A stretch of 64,000 nucleotides of DNA from Phoronis australis (Eukaryota; Animalia; Phoronida): positions 153,640 through 217,639 of the forward strand of contig NMRA01000183.1 in NCBI GenBank assembly GCA_002633005.1. Reading direction: 5' to 3'. The position numbers and the translations under genes are program-made. Shown in pieces: positions 14,801 through 26,800 of the stretch. The notes beneath the pieces are model-generated. The model was not told the DNA's origin. It saw only the letters and a list, made by a program, of their open reading frames with translations, and ran no database searches. Positions within the stretch are counted from its first letter, which is position 1, and the number at the start of each line of letters is the position of its first letter.

Positions 14801-17800
14801 NNNNNNNNNNNNNNNNNNNNNNNNNNNNNNNNNNNNNNNNNNNNNNNNNNNNNNNNNNNNNNNNNNNNNNNNNNNNNNNNNNNNNNNNNNNNNNNNNNNN
14901 NNNNNNNNNNNNNNNNNNNNNNNNNNNNNNNNNNNNNNNNNNNNNNNNNNNNNNNNNNNNNNNNNNNNNNNNNNNNNNNNNNNNNNNNNNNNNNNNNNNN
15001 NNNNNNNNNNNNNNNNNNNNNNNNNNNNNNNNNNNNNNNNNNNNNNNNNNNNNNNNNNNNNNNNNNNNNNNNNNNNNNNNNNTTCTATGTTTCTGTGGTG
15101 CTTTAAGCAACTGATGTATAGGATGTGCTTGTATTATGAAGATCACTCACATTTTGCCCCTAGCCTATTGAGGAGACAATGACCATGCCTTTCCATTTTG
15201 CAAAGTACAACATACTACATATATGCCCTCTACTGGCCACTTTATGGTAACAATAAACAACCCTAAAAGGATACCGTATACGGTGCAATTGTGGGCGCAT
15301 TTCAACGCTCTGCGTTGCTCTTGTCTAAAATAGGTTTCTATAAAGGCAAATACTAGGTTTCTGTGAAGGTGACAACTATGTCTTTCCATTTTTGGACAAA
15401 ATCGATGTCTTTTGCGCCACTTAGTGGCTATTTTTAATATTTTGACTTTGTTTTTTAGCATTTGCCTCTTTATCTGCCGAATTGGTCAAACTAAAATAAT
15501 GAATCATAGCAGCAGTGTTCCTGATGTGAAGGGCATGGCTGACATTGATTTTTGAATGGATCTCATACCTGTGTCGTCCCTTTGTGGTGATTGTGTAGTG
15601 TTTTGCTATCATGACTCCAGCTCCCGATTCCTTTGCAAACTTTTGCAAGTTTTTTCCTCTAGATGTGTATGATTATGGAAGGCTCTGACTACAGGTACCC
15701 CCCCTAGTAGCTATTTTACTTTTTACCTTTGCATCTACATTTGCTGAATTCCTTGATGTTTTTTCATGAAATTAGGAAACAAGTATATATTATGAAAATG
15801 ACATCATCTTTCCAATTTGCGTTGAATTCTACGTATTTTGTGCCACCTAGTGGTCATGTCAATTATTTTTCGATCTGTTTTTTGCCGTTTGCTTCTCTAT
15901 TGGCCAAACAGCTCAAGGACTGATACGAAAATTGGCAGATGTGTTCCTACTGACATGAGCACTACTTGTGTGCTTTCCGATGAGTCTAACGTAACTGTGG
16001 CGCTACCTAGTGACATTATTTTCGCATCTGCAGCTGTATCTACTAAACCCCTAGCAAGATCACAATCTGTCATTAAGTCTATTCCTATTGACATCAGATG
16101 AATGGATTCAACTACTGCTGCAGCTGTAGCTTCTAATCGCAATTTATCTTTTACCTCTACCTCTGTATGATTGGAGTTCTTTGATGGGTTTTCAAGAAAA
16201 TTGACGAGCAATTTTGCAATGTAAAGATGGTGACACTTTCACGATTTCAGACAGGTTTAACATATCCTGCCCCGTGTTATGGCCATTGTCATGATACTAA
16301 AATCACCACTGGAAGCATTACATGTTTTGCGTTGCAGTCGTGGGTGCATTTCAAGGCTCATGTTGCTCTTGTAAACCGTTTTCGAGTCTTTCTATCGAAG
16401 AAACTATTCTAAAATCAGGTGAACATTGCAATATGTATTCCTGTTGTAAAGATAATGTGACTAAAAGGTATTATGTCTGGACATCTGTAGCTATGTCATT
16501 CCTAAACCTTTTACAAGATGTTTGTTAAAAATTGGGAAACGTACTTCTAGTGGCCATTTTTTTGTTTCCAGTCATTTTGCTATTTGCTTGTCTATGGGTC
16601 AAACCTCATTGAAAGATGAAACTTTGCATGGCTGGCTACTGGAACTGAATGTCTGATGATGAGTTTTGTACTGTAGTAGTCTCCTTTAGTGGCAACTTTG
16701 TTTTTTGCCTGTTCCTAAATATCTACCAAGTTCATTGATGGATCTCCTTGAAATGCGTATGCATTTCTAAGTGCTATGGAAAAGAGTAGAACTGCAGTTA
16801 GTTACTGTCACTTGGTAGACAGTGCAACCTCTGTTTCAGTCAGATTTGGCCTACATTGACCCCTAGTTTTTTATTTTTTTGTGTCTGTTTTTTGTCATCC
16901 ACATCCCTATTCATACAACTGCTGGAACAATCGTGATGAAAATTGGAAGGTATGTTCCAGTTGAAGAGATCTCTGCTGGCTTGCAATGCACCCCTTGAGG
17001 GGTATTTTAGGTTTACCAGCATACAATGCTCCCTCTAGTGGGAGTGTTTGATATGTGATACACAAGGTGAGCACATGGCAATGCTTTGCATTGCTCTTGT
17101 TTTGATATGTAGTCGCTCTCATCCTTGTATTGGAGATTAAATGTTAAACTTGCGCATCTCAGTCTTTTAGATTCTTATAACACCTCGTCAAGTCTAGACT
17201 CTTATTGCTTATTCCTGGAGCTAGCCTTTGCCACAACCTTCTGAAACTAAGTCATATTATTCTGTGTCCTTTCTTATCTATAGTCTTATTATATATACAT
17301 GTATGTACATAAATTGCAAGTGATTTACCTAGTATGTGATTTAAGTTGGTGTTATGTAAATGTGTGCTCTGCATTCTTTTGTGCAAATCCTAGTCATGCT
17401 GTGCCATCAAAGTACTACATTTACAAACAGCTCATCATTACAGTTGAATGCATGTTTATCTGAAGAGAATGAAAATGTGACTTGGGAAGTTCAGTTGATT
17501 CATTTCCAATACTCAAGTATGAATAACATTCAATTTAATATAGTACCCATTTATTCATTATTGAAGGTTTCTTTCATCTGCTATGTTGATGTAATATCCA
17601 CCAGTTTACTTAATTGCATGACGTTCAACCGTAACAGTATAAAAATGTGCCTTACCTTCTTGATAATGAGCGGCTAGTGGTCATTGATCTGTTGAAAAAA
17701 CAAACGACTTTCCTGCTAATTTTAGCTGACTGTGCAGCCAACTGCCACGCCGAATTCAATGAAAACTCTTGAGTATTGTCTTTAAAAAATTGTTAGCATG

Positions 17801-20800
17801 GCGCATCTGGTGTTTTTTTTTTTTTGATTTTCATCAGTTTGAGTGTAATAATGGAACATTGCTTTCTTGTAAGCATGAAAACTTAAATAACCATAGGCGA
17901 ATTTAGGGGGGGGGCCCAGGGGGCCTGGGCCCCCCCTTGGCTGCTGCAAAAAAAAATAAAACAGTAAGAGCGTAGGGAAATGTTGAGTTTATTAATTAAC
18001 CCTGGTAATTAAAATTATACGGATGAAAAAAGATTTAAATGTGTGCAGTTTTAGTGTTGGGGGGGGGGGCTCAATACCAATTTCAAGTGTCAAATTCGGA
18101 ACACAGCGCATTCGTAACGGAACTATGGCTAAGTATAGGCTCTCCCGCTATATCCCAGGCGACCGGCAGTGGCGCTGCGCACTACGACTCAGTTTCCCTC
18201 GTCTGCTCCACTGTGCAATGAAGAAAATTTACTTCATTTTTTAAAGAAAATGTAACCTAAGTGACGATGAAAAAACAGAAGCTGCTGGTAAGATGTGAAT
18301 TTTAATCGAAGCCTTAGTGGATCACTCAGAAACTCGCAATACTCTCTTTGTCAAACCTTATGTTAAGACGATTTCCAAAGCAATCCCGTCATTATTGCCA
18401 ACACGAAAAACGGATTTGATCTTTTGGCCATTTGAAGACTATTTTAAACTATACGACAAATTTGTTAAGAATTGATGGCACAAAACGTGTAATAAGCATT
18501 ACAAAAAGAAGCAAACGCTGTGGACCATAAACAAGTAGATCTCTTAGTATGCGATTAGTAGTTAAATCGTGGTGGTGTAGTGGTAACGCACGCGCACACT
18601 ACGCGCAAGGTCGTGAGTTCGAGTCTTTGGTACTTGCAGTTTTTCCTGTTTGACATATTTTCCTTTTTTTGCCTTTTTTCTTGGATAATACATCAGGAAT
18701 CAAGGAAAATGCTTGATTTTTAGAGGTAAAAACAGAAAAATTTCTTGGGCCTCCCCCCATTCGGTGCTATGCCCGTCTACAATCAAGGTTCAGTTTGCGC
18801 AAATGTTTACAGCCGGACAAAATGTTGGGCCCCCCCCTTGTGATGTCCTAGATCCGCCACTGATAACTACACTGAAGTGTTTGTCACACTTGCCCCCTGC
18901 CATCCACTGAACCATCTGAAGAAGTGCTCTAACTAACTGCAACTGCATTTTTTTTCCATCGGTAGTGCTTCTGTCTGTGCTGGAACCTTTTTACAAAGAC
19001 ACTCTATACACTGTCTGAGCATTTGACCAAGACCTTGCAGGTCTATTTCTAAAAGCTTGAGTGCTGATTCATGGGCAATGACATTTTATCCATACCTAAG
19101 TGATTGGGTAATTGAGAAGATGATGTGCTGCACTGCACTTTTGGAAGTCTGCAGCTTCTTGTTTGGAGGCACAATCACTTTAGATAAAATGGAGGTTCCA
19201 TTTAAAGAAATGTCCAGCATACTGGACCTATATGAATTTTTTACTGCAACTGGCGGCTCTCGTTTCCTAAAAAATTGACTGATATGACCACGAGACTCCC
19301 AGCGTACATATGAAGGAACATTGAGAGACTACAGACAGGGACAGGAATATATTAACCCCAAATACGCCAACTACCTTGTAGAGATGTCATTCTCCATAAT
19401 TCTAAAAGGCAAGGATCAGGTGTGCAGCCACCTTCTTTGTTGGCCTTGCTTCCAAGAGGCACTCAACTCCTCAGGTAGTGTAACTGTCATTACCTACAAA
19501 TAAGCATAGGACACACTACATGTTGGAAGGGATTACAGCAGATACCATAAACCTCAGTGATGACCAAAGTCATACAGGACACAGTGGATGCAAATTCTTG
19601 TGAACAATCAAGGAGGAGTTTAAGTTCACACACACCAATGAAGTAGTTCACCAGTTAAACATCAAAGTCATCGCAAAATTTGGGGAGAAGGTCTGAGAGG
19701 CTGGGGCAGATCATGAGGATCCACTGTGAGAACATGGGTGTTTTCATGTGGATGAGAGTTATCACCAAGATTATAACTGAATAGAAGAATGGCAATGTCT
19801 TGGAGATCAGCAAAACTGTTTATAGCTGTCAGGTCCTTGAAGATGCTACTGACTTCACAGTATCCATGCACTGTCAGGGTGCAATTGAGTACCGTACCTC
19901 TGTATCCATGCACTGTCAGGGTGCAATATAGTGTCGTACCTCTGTAACCATGCTCTGTCAGGGTGCATTGAGTACCGTACCTCTGTATCCATGCACTGTC
20001 AGGGTGCAATATAGTGTCGTACCTCTGTAGCCATGCTCTGTCAGGGTGCAGTTGAGTACCGTACCTCTGTATCCATGCACTGTCAGGGTGCAATAGAGTG
20101 TCGTACCTCAGTATCCATGCACTGTCAGGGTGCAATAGAGTGTCGCACCTCGTCGGAGGAGGAAAGCAGTGCTCATGCTGTGAAATAAATGCTGATATGA
20201 ATATATACTAGGGACTAGTTCTGTTTGCCACAGCTAATACCATTGTTTGTAATTGAACTGAGATGGAAGCAGTAAGACTTTTGAAATGCAGCACAATTTC
20301 TGATTTCTAGAAATTGTGGAATTTAAGAAGACCTCAAGATTAAGAAAGTGTTTAAATAAAATTGGTTGGCTCTGTGAGGCAATTTTCCATACACATGTAA
20401 TCACAATAAAATCATCAAGTCAGTATTGGGATGTACAGTGTATGGATTTGCAGAATTTTTATCCATGAATTGTAATAAAATGTTGAGAATGAGCTCAGTT
20501 TTTCACCATTCTCGAGGTACTAAAGGTTTTTTTGAAGAAATCTCATTAGTTTATTGATTTTTCATGTCTTATCTCTGGCATTCCTTGACAGTTCTTTCTA
20601 AAATTTAGAATGTGGATATATCATGTCAAGCTCTATCTGTGTTGTCTCTCCATTTCTGGGTTCAGCATACGGTTCTCTCGAGATTAATTTGAGTTTTACT
20701 GGTCATATGACTATTTTTTATGGTTGTAATTTTGCTCTCCATCGTGCTGTGCTATATTGGTGGACATGGAATTCACCTCCATCACGTATCTTTTGAAAAG

Positions 20801-23800
20801 CTCAAGGTTACTGATTTTGGTTGAAATCGGAGGCAAGATGGCACTGGGATTGTCCATTTTCAAATGAACTCTTGCAGAGCTCTAGCTGTGTGGTGCTTCT
20901 GCAGATTACTTTCTGGCATTAGTAAGTGGCTTGACATCATCACTGATTCAGTTGTTCTTATCACCTCTTGCTGGATCCAAGAAAACTCCCTTCCATGTTT
21001 GACCTGCAGAAGTTCTGTTGTGTGAACTCAAGAGAACCAGTGGGCGATGGTAATCAGAACAAACTGTTTTGGTTTGTTGTGACAACCCAAGTAAATGGAA
21101 CATGCCTTGAAATTTGTGCTTACATGCCCCCTTAATCTCTGATTAGAAAATGTCAGCTCCTGTTCTGATCCCCGAAATACTTTCCATCTGATTGACATTT
21201 ACCTGTGCATATATTAGTTCTACCTTAACATTCTGTGTGTATACACATGTGTTCAGCCATCCTGCTATCATAACAACAGATCTCAAATTGTCTTGGTTAT
21301 GGAAACATCAAAAGTATGCACCCACCAAGATGCCAAGTGTGGTTGATGTATGGCTGGCGGTATTTCCTGTTTAGACATTAAAACTTGATGAGGTAACCCT
21401 GATTTTATGAACAAAACTGGTTGCTGTAGTGAGGAGGTACTCACAAGAGTCTTCAAGTAGCAACAGGGTAACTGGTCTTGGGGGACCAGATATACACTAG
21501 TACATAGTATTCATTATGTAGGTGACAGCACCTTCCTGTTTCAGGTGATTTGACCTATGTTGCATCTCCTTGTGGCTTTTTTATTGTTTTTGTGTTTGAT
21601 CTTTATTGCCCACCTCCTAATCTTTAAATCTGCTTGAAGAAACATTTTCAAAGTAGGGAGGTGTTGAGGAAAGTATTGATGACTTGCTTTGTACCCGCTA
21701 CAGGTTACTTTAGTTCACTAGCATTGCTCTCTTTACAGGGAATGTTTGATATCATGATCATCCCTTGTATCGACAGCCCTGTATAGGATGCTTCGCATCA
21801 TGGTGGCCACATATCAATGCTGTACTGCTCTGTTCTTATATCCATAAGCTAGACAGCTCTTAATGACCTTTATATTTAATTAACATCATTCATTGTCGTG
21901 CTTTAAAGCCATGGACAGCTACTAAATGGTTGTTAAACCTGCTATCATAACCCAAAACTTTAATTGATGGCCCTGTGCCCCATTTCAACCCTATTCTGAA
22001 GGTTTAGCCAAACAATTGCTAAAGCTGCTTTGTTAATGTAATTAACTATGTATTGTACCCTAGCATCACAGGTAGCTGAAAACTCCTCAGCCTGTCTCAT
22101 AAGCTGCAGTTTCAAGAAGTAATGTTCCCTAGTGACTCCACTGGCCAACCATAACTGATCTCTTGGATCAGACTACCAACCAACATGTGTCTATGCTCTG
22201 AAGGCCAGACATATGATATATCACACAGGGAGCTGGCTGTTTGTCTTACACATGTGCTAGGAGTAATGATGAAAGCTAGGTATACCTAGCTACTCAAGAA
22301 AAACAAGCATTTTCCCAGATAAATAAACAGTTGGCATACCTGAGCTCACACACTCAGGTTTATCCTCTCCTCTCACATGGTCTAGGGGCAGAGGTGTGCT
22401 ATGTTATAGCAATCTGGGATCTGAGGGGTCATTGTCTCCTCAACAAACTCACTGAAAATATCCCAGTTTTAGATATCATTGTTGTCAAGTCATTAAGGAA
22501 ATGGTCTTATATTCAAAACAGTTCAGGATGAGAAAGGTATGAACATTACTTCAAAAAATAAACATTTAATATTGATTTGCTCTTCATCTTTCCCATTTAT
22601 TGAAAGAAGTAACAGTCGTTCTCATTGTTTTCTGTTTTGTAGAATTTGACTCAACATCACTGATACCATCATCAGCCTTGTTTGTTGTGTTAGTTGCATT
22701 ATTCTGCATTATGCTGAGCTGCTTGGTTGTTGGTGGACATTAGCCCCCCCATCTCCTTCATTTAGTTTCAAGTACCACCCATAGATAGCACCACTATGCC
22801 ATCTCCTGGCAGCTGAGCTTATGTTTACAGTGTAAGCTGTTTTGTTTGATAGTTTTGGATGTATCTGAAAGTGCATAAAAATATTTCCACTGTCATAAAA
22901 AGGGCATGTTAGACAAACATGGCTGTTTGGTTTATTAATTGGATACAGTGCTGATTCAGCTTCCTGTGGAGCAGTGCATGATGGGAGGTGTTGTTTTTGG
23001 ACTGGGGAGAATGTTTGATTTTGGTCTACTAAGGAATTCTGCTTGAGCTGCCCAAATTGTTAGGTGGTGGAAAGTAAAGTCATTTGGAGTGGCATTCTCT
23101 TTTTCATGTATGCAGAATTTGCGTCAAGTTTTTTACTCAAAGCTAAGGGTCTACGCTTAGGCTTCAGTGATAAGTTTTTTAGAATGATTGTATTTTATTT
23201 TAATCTTGATTAAATATGAGATATACCCAGATAATTGTACACAGATAATGAATGCTGGTCTCATGTTTAACACCAATGACAAATTTTGATTATAATGAAT
23301 GAATTATGTTTTATTCGTAAACATCAATGATGAATCAGCTTGGTATACATGCACAGCTTGTGCTCTCCAGGTAGATATAATAGTTAGATACAACGTTCCC
23401 ACATTTTGAGAACCAGTTTTTTCCACTGAATAATGGGCATCAAACTGGTTGTCAAAATGTGTGCACTTTATATCGGACTATTAGACTCTTGCCCACCATG
23501 ACTTGTGAATTCTCCATAAGTAGTTAATTGTTGACATGAGCTTTATTTAACGCTTGTATGCTATAACTTCTTTGTTTTTAGCATTGAAGTAATCTACAAA
23601 ACAAATGTAAAGTGTAGTTGTCTTTGACATTGGTCAAAACACAAACCATGTTAATGCCATGAGCTTTGAACAGTCTGATTAGAAGACACAGTTTGTTAAA
23701 TATTTTGTGGTTAGGTTTGTTTACTCAATGAAAATGCTATGTATGTCATTGCATTGTATATCTGGATATTTTGTGTCTGTGCACAGATTCATTATATTTC

Positions 23801-26800
23801 TGTCATCAACTGTGTAAAGTCTGTTCTTTTACTGCTTGCTCATCAAAACACATTGTTGTATTAGCAGCCCTTCTGGTTTTCCAATCTTCTCTACAATCTG
23901 TTCTTATGGCTGTAAATTGTCAAGGAAAATATTATTTCCCTCTGTCCATGATCACTGTACAGCAAGCTATGATGGGTTTGACACATGTGGAAAATATTCC
24001 ACTGTTTGTTTAGCTGATGCATAAATCTTCAATTCAAAACAAACATTGCCATTAGCAATACTCAAGTTTGGCTGTTGGAAGGTCATTTTCAAGCTTTAAT
24101 TTGTGTTGCTTTAAGATGCCAGTTCTCACATGCTGTCTCTTTGATCTTGCTGAACCCTTGTGCATGTGCAGGAAGACCTACGGGTTTGGCCAACACTTTC
24201 TAGTGCCACCTCCTTTTTGTTACCTATCATATAAGGTAATATAAGGTAATATAAGGTAATATAAGGTAATATAAGGTAATATAAGGTAATATAAGGTAGG
24301 CCATTGGTACGATGGTGAGTGGCTTATACATGAAACTGCAATGCTGTGTTATGTTTTAAACAACAATGGTGAAACTAAGGTGAATTGAAAAGTCAAGAAC
24401 TAACATTTGCACTAGTCAAGTTCATAATCCACCATTTTTATAATATATTATAATTATGTGAAGTGATTGCCTGTTAAAGTTTGAGATACACCAGTGTTGT
24501 CTGCAATTGGTCTTAATGGTAACAATGGGCCACAGGTTGCCAGGAGGGTCAAGTTTAAGCTAGGTTTCGGGTTAATGATATTATTGAACCCTCAGTTTAA
24601 CTGCTGGGAAATTTGATTTTTACGTATGCTTGAATCGCCATTTGCCTGTAATGTGCTTGTACTGTGCTTTACAGCAGAAACTGATGACTTAGGACAATGT
24701 ATTAATTTTTTCATAACTGAAAGCACTGTATTAATCCATCTCCAAGTTCAGGTTCAATACCCTAGCTCTAGCTGTCATCAGACATTCATTCACAGTGTTA
24801 CAAGTTATGAAAAAGTAAAAAAGGACAAGTTGCCAATAAGGTTTTATCCAAAATGTGAGATTTTCTGTATCATGGTGTCTGTCAACAGTTGTAAGAACTT
24901 CTTAAATACGGACCTCCTGATCTATAAGTCTAAGGGCCTTATCATTGCCATCAGTTGATGTGGATAATATCCTTGCAAAAATTCCATTTTATTTGGTATA
25001 AAAAAGTACTTTCCTTGTTTGCTTTATATAGTACGTCAGTGATTGACAGTTGTCAATAAAATGTTGTTTTTTATATAAAAATCATAAAATTACTGTGTTT
25101 TGACATGTTACCCTTGAGAAATATCCAAATTAGGTTAACTTTGGACCGTCCTATCTCTGAAATGGCTGACCATATGAATATGAGACTTTTACATACTATA
25201 CTTTACGCTCTGTTCTCAAAAATGGTCTTGGGAATTGTTTTTAAAATGTTCTATTTTAGCACAGTACACAAAAACTTCGCATATCAATACAGTATCAGGA
25301 TAATTTATATTTGACACAAATATGTGAGTAATTACATTTATTTGGCAATAAAGTGCTCTCTGCTTCTCATGATCAAGTAGTCGACGGATTGACGGCGAAA
25401 GCCGCGCGAATTATTAGACTTTCGGATTTAGCTCGGGAGCGTCCGTCAAAACCCGGATGTGCGAAGACCGTCTGCAATGACATCACGGAATTAGGTCCTT
25501 GAATTTGTGCTTTTGGCATTCTTTTGGCATTTTTGTCGCCAAATCACCACTCAAAGGCAATTTGTAGAGATCAAATGAAAGAAGGTATTCTAAGAGTTGT
25601 CCGATGCTAGTTTCGTGGAGTTCCATGCACATTTGAGTAAAAAATTCTGAGCAAACAGATTTCGAGTGTCCAACCTTTATGTTTTCTTATATGTATTATT
25701 GAGTGATGTCATTTGTGATCGAGGAACAGATAAACCCAAGCGCCTATGGACTAGAACTATGAAACAACAAAATGCATTTTAGTTATTATTGTTTGATGGG
25801 ACAGACTTGTTGAAGGGAATAGCTTTGACTAGAACTATGAAACAACAAAATGCATTTTAGTTATTATTGTTTGATGGGACAGACTTGTTGAAGTTAGTAG
25901 CTTTAACTAGAACTATGAAACAACAAAATCTGTTTTGATTTTGAGATTTTATCACAACACGGCAATTCTCGTCATTGTCTTCCAGACATTTGATCGAGTT
26001 AAGGCCGGTGATTTTACCATCTCTTAAAATACTCTGCCGAGTGGGGTTAAGCTCCACTAGCAGTAGACTGTGATTGGAAAGGGGTTAGGATTGACTCCAT
26101 TCTTGCAGATAATGTCCTTTTAAAATGAGGATTTTGTTTTCTTTCTTAGTATCCTGCTACTGCTTTCTTATACAAGTCCTTGTTCGCTGAAGTACCAGTT
26201 GTTGGCTTCAACAGAGGAAGTGAGTTGAATAGCTCACTTGCGAGTTTCTCGCTAGTCACTGTGACGTCACTGGAAAGGGGGCAAAACCCGCCATATTGCT
26301 CTTGTTTTGCCCCGAGTCTTTGCTACACACGCTAAAACTTACTGGAGTTCTTATGGTGAATTTTACGCTTAAAACGTTAAAACAACTTAAGATATGGTAG
26401 ATGGGTCGTGGAATAACTGTGAATAGACGAAGAAAATGTGACCTTGTTATGTTGTGCGAAGCTGTGAACGGACTGAAATTGGAACTTAACCCGCTCTAGG
26501 CCTGAATGGCGCAGGCATACAGGGGCGATAGTGTATCCCCATAAAAAGATATTCACTTCAAAATACAGCAAATAAAATCAAATGAAACATGCATATGTGC
26601 ACATGAAGTTATAATTAACACATACCCTGACTCTGGACACAATTTAGTCTACAAATAACTTGAGCATATTCATGAAAACCTCGCGGTTCTCTCGAGTTTC
26701 TCTCACTAAAGAGCCGCCATTTTGAGGAAGTTACGTGAAATCACGCCTGTTGACGAACAAAAAGTCCAAGGGACACAAATCTTACAAATTTCACTTGATA

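Larger units (their letters stand above)
13252..16372 (+). mobile_element. Older HINE copy of the same family, interrupted by the 13945-15324 copy
   Basis: 5' TTTTTGTGCTCCCACATATTTATGTGTGGGTGCAC; 3' GTGGGTGCATTTCAAGGCTCATGTTGCTCTTGT (16340-16372). Confidence 0.7.
12030..17101 (+). mobile_element. Outermost, most degenerate HINE-like core-repeat region
   Basis: Core-repeat units outside the two inner copies (motifs ~12176, 12276, 13086, 16543, 16681, 17028); third 3' end GGTGAGCACATGGCAATGC-TT-TGCATTGCTCTTGTT at 17066-17101; left boundary uncertain. Confidence 0.55.

Noticed and set aside
14515-15146. 199/205-aa ORFs
   Set aside because: Artefacts of translating the N gap.
18566-18638. Functional tRNA gene
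   Set aside because: A and B boxes are present but no acceptor stem or clean anticodon arm, so it is treated as tRNA-derived.
19668-20135. 155-aa repetitive ORF
   Set aside because: Translation of the 42-bp minisatellite.
19200-21100. Possible decayed retroelement fragments (RT-like 'RDY..TIN' near 19520 on +; endonuclease-like 'GEFHVH' near 20770 on -)
   Set aside because: Only a few residues resemble the motifs, with stops and frameshifts. It would need a BLASTX/RepeatMasker hit to support.
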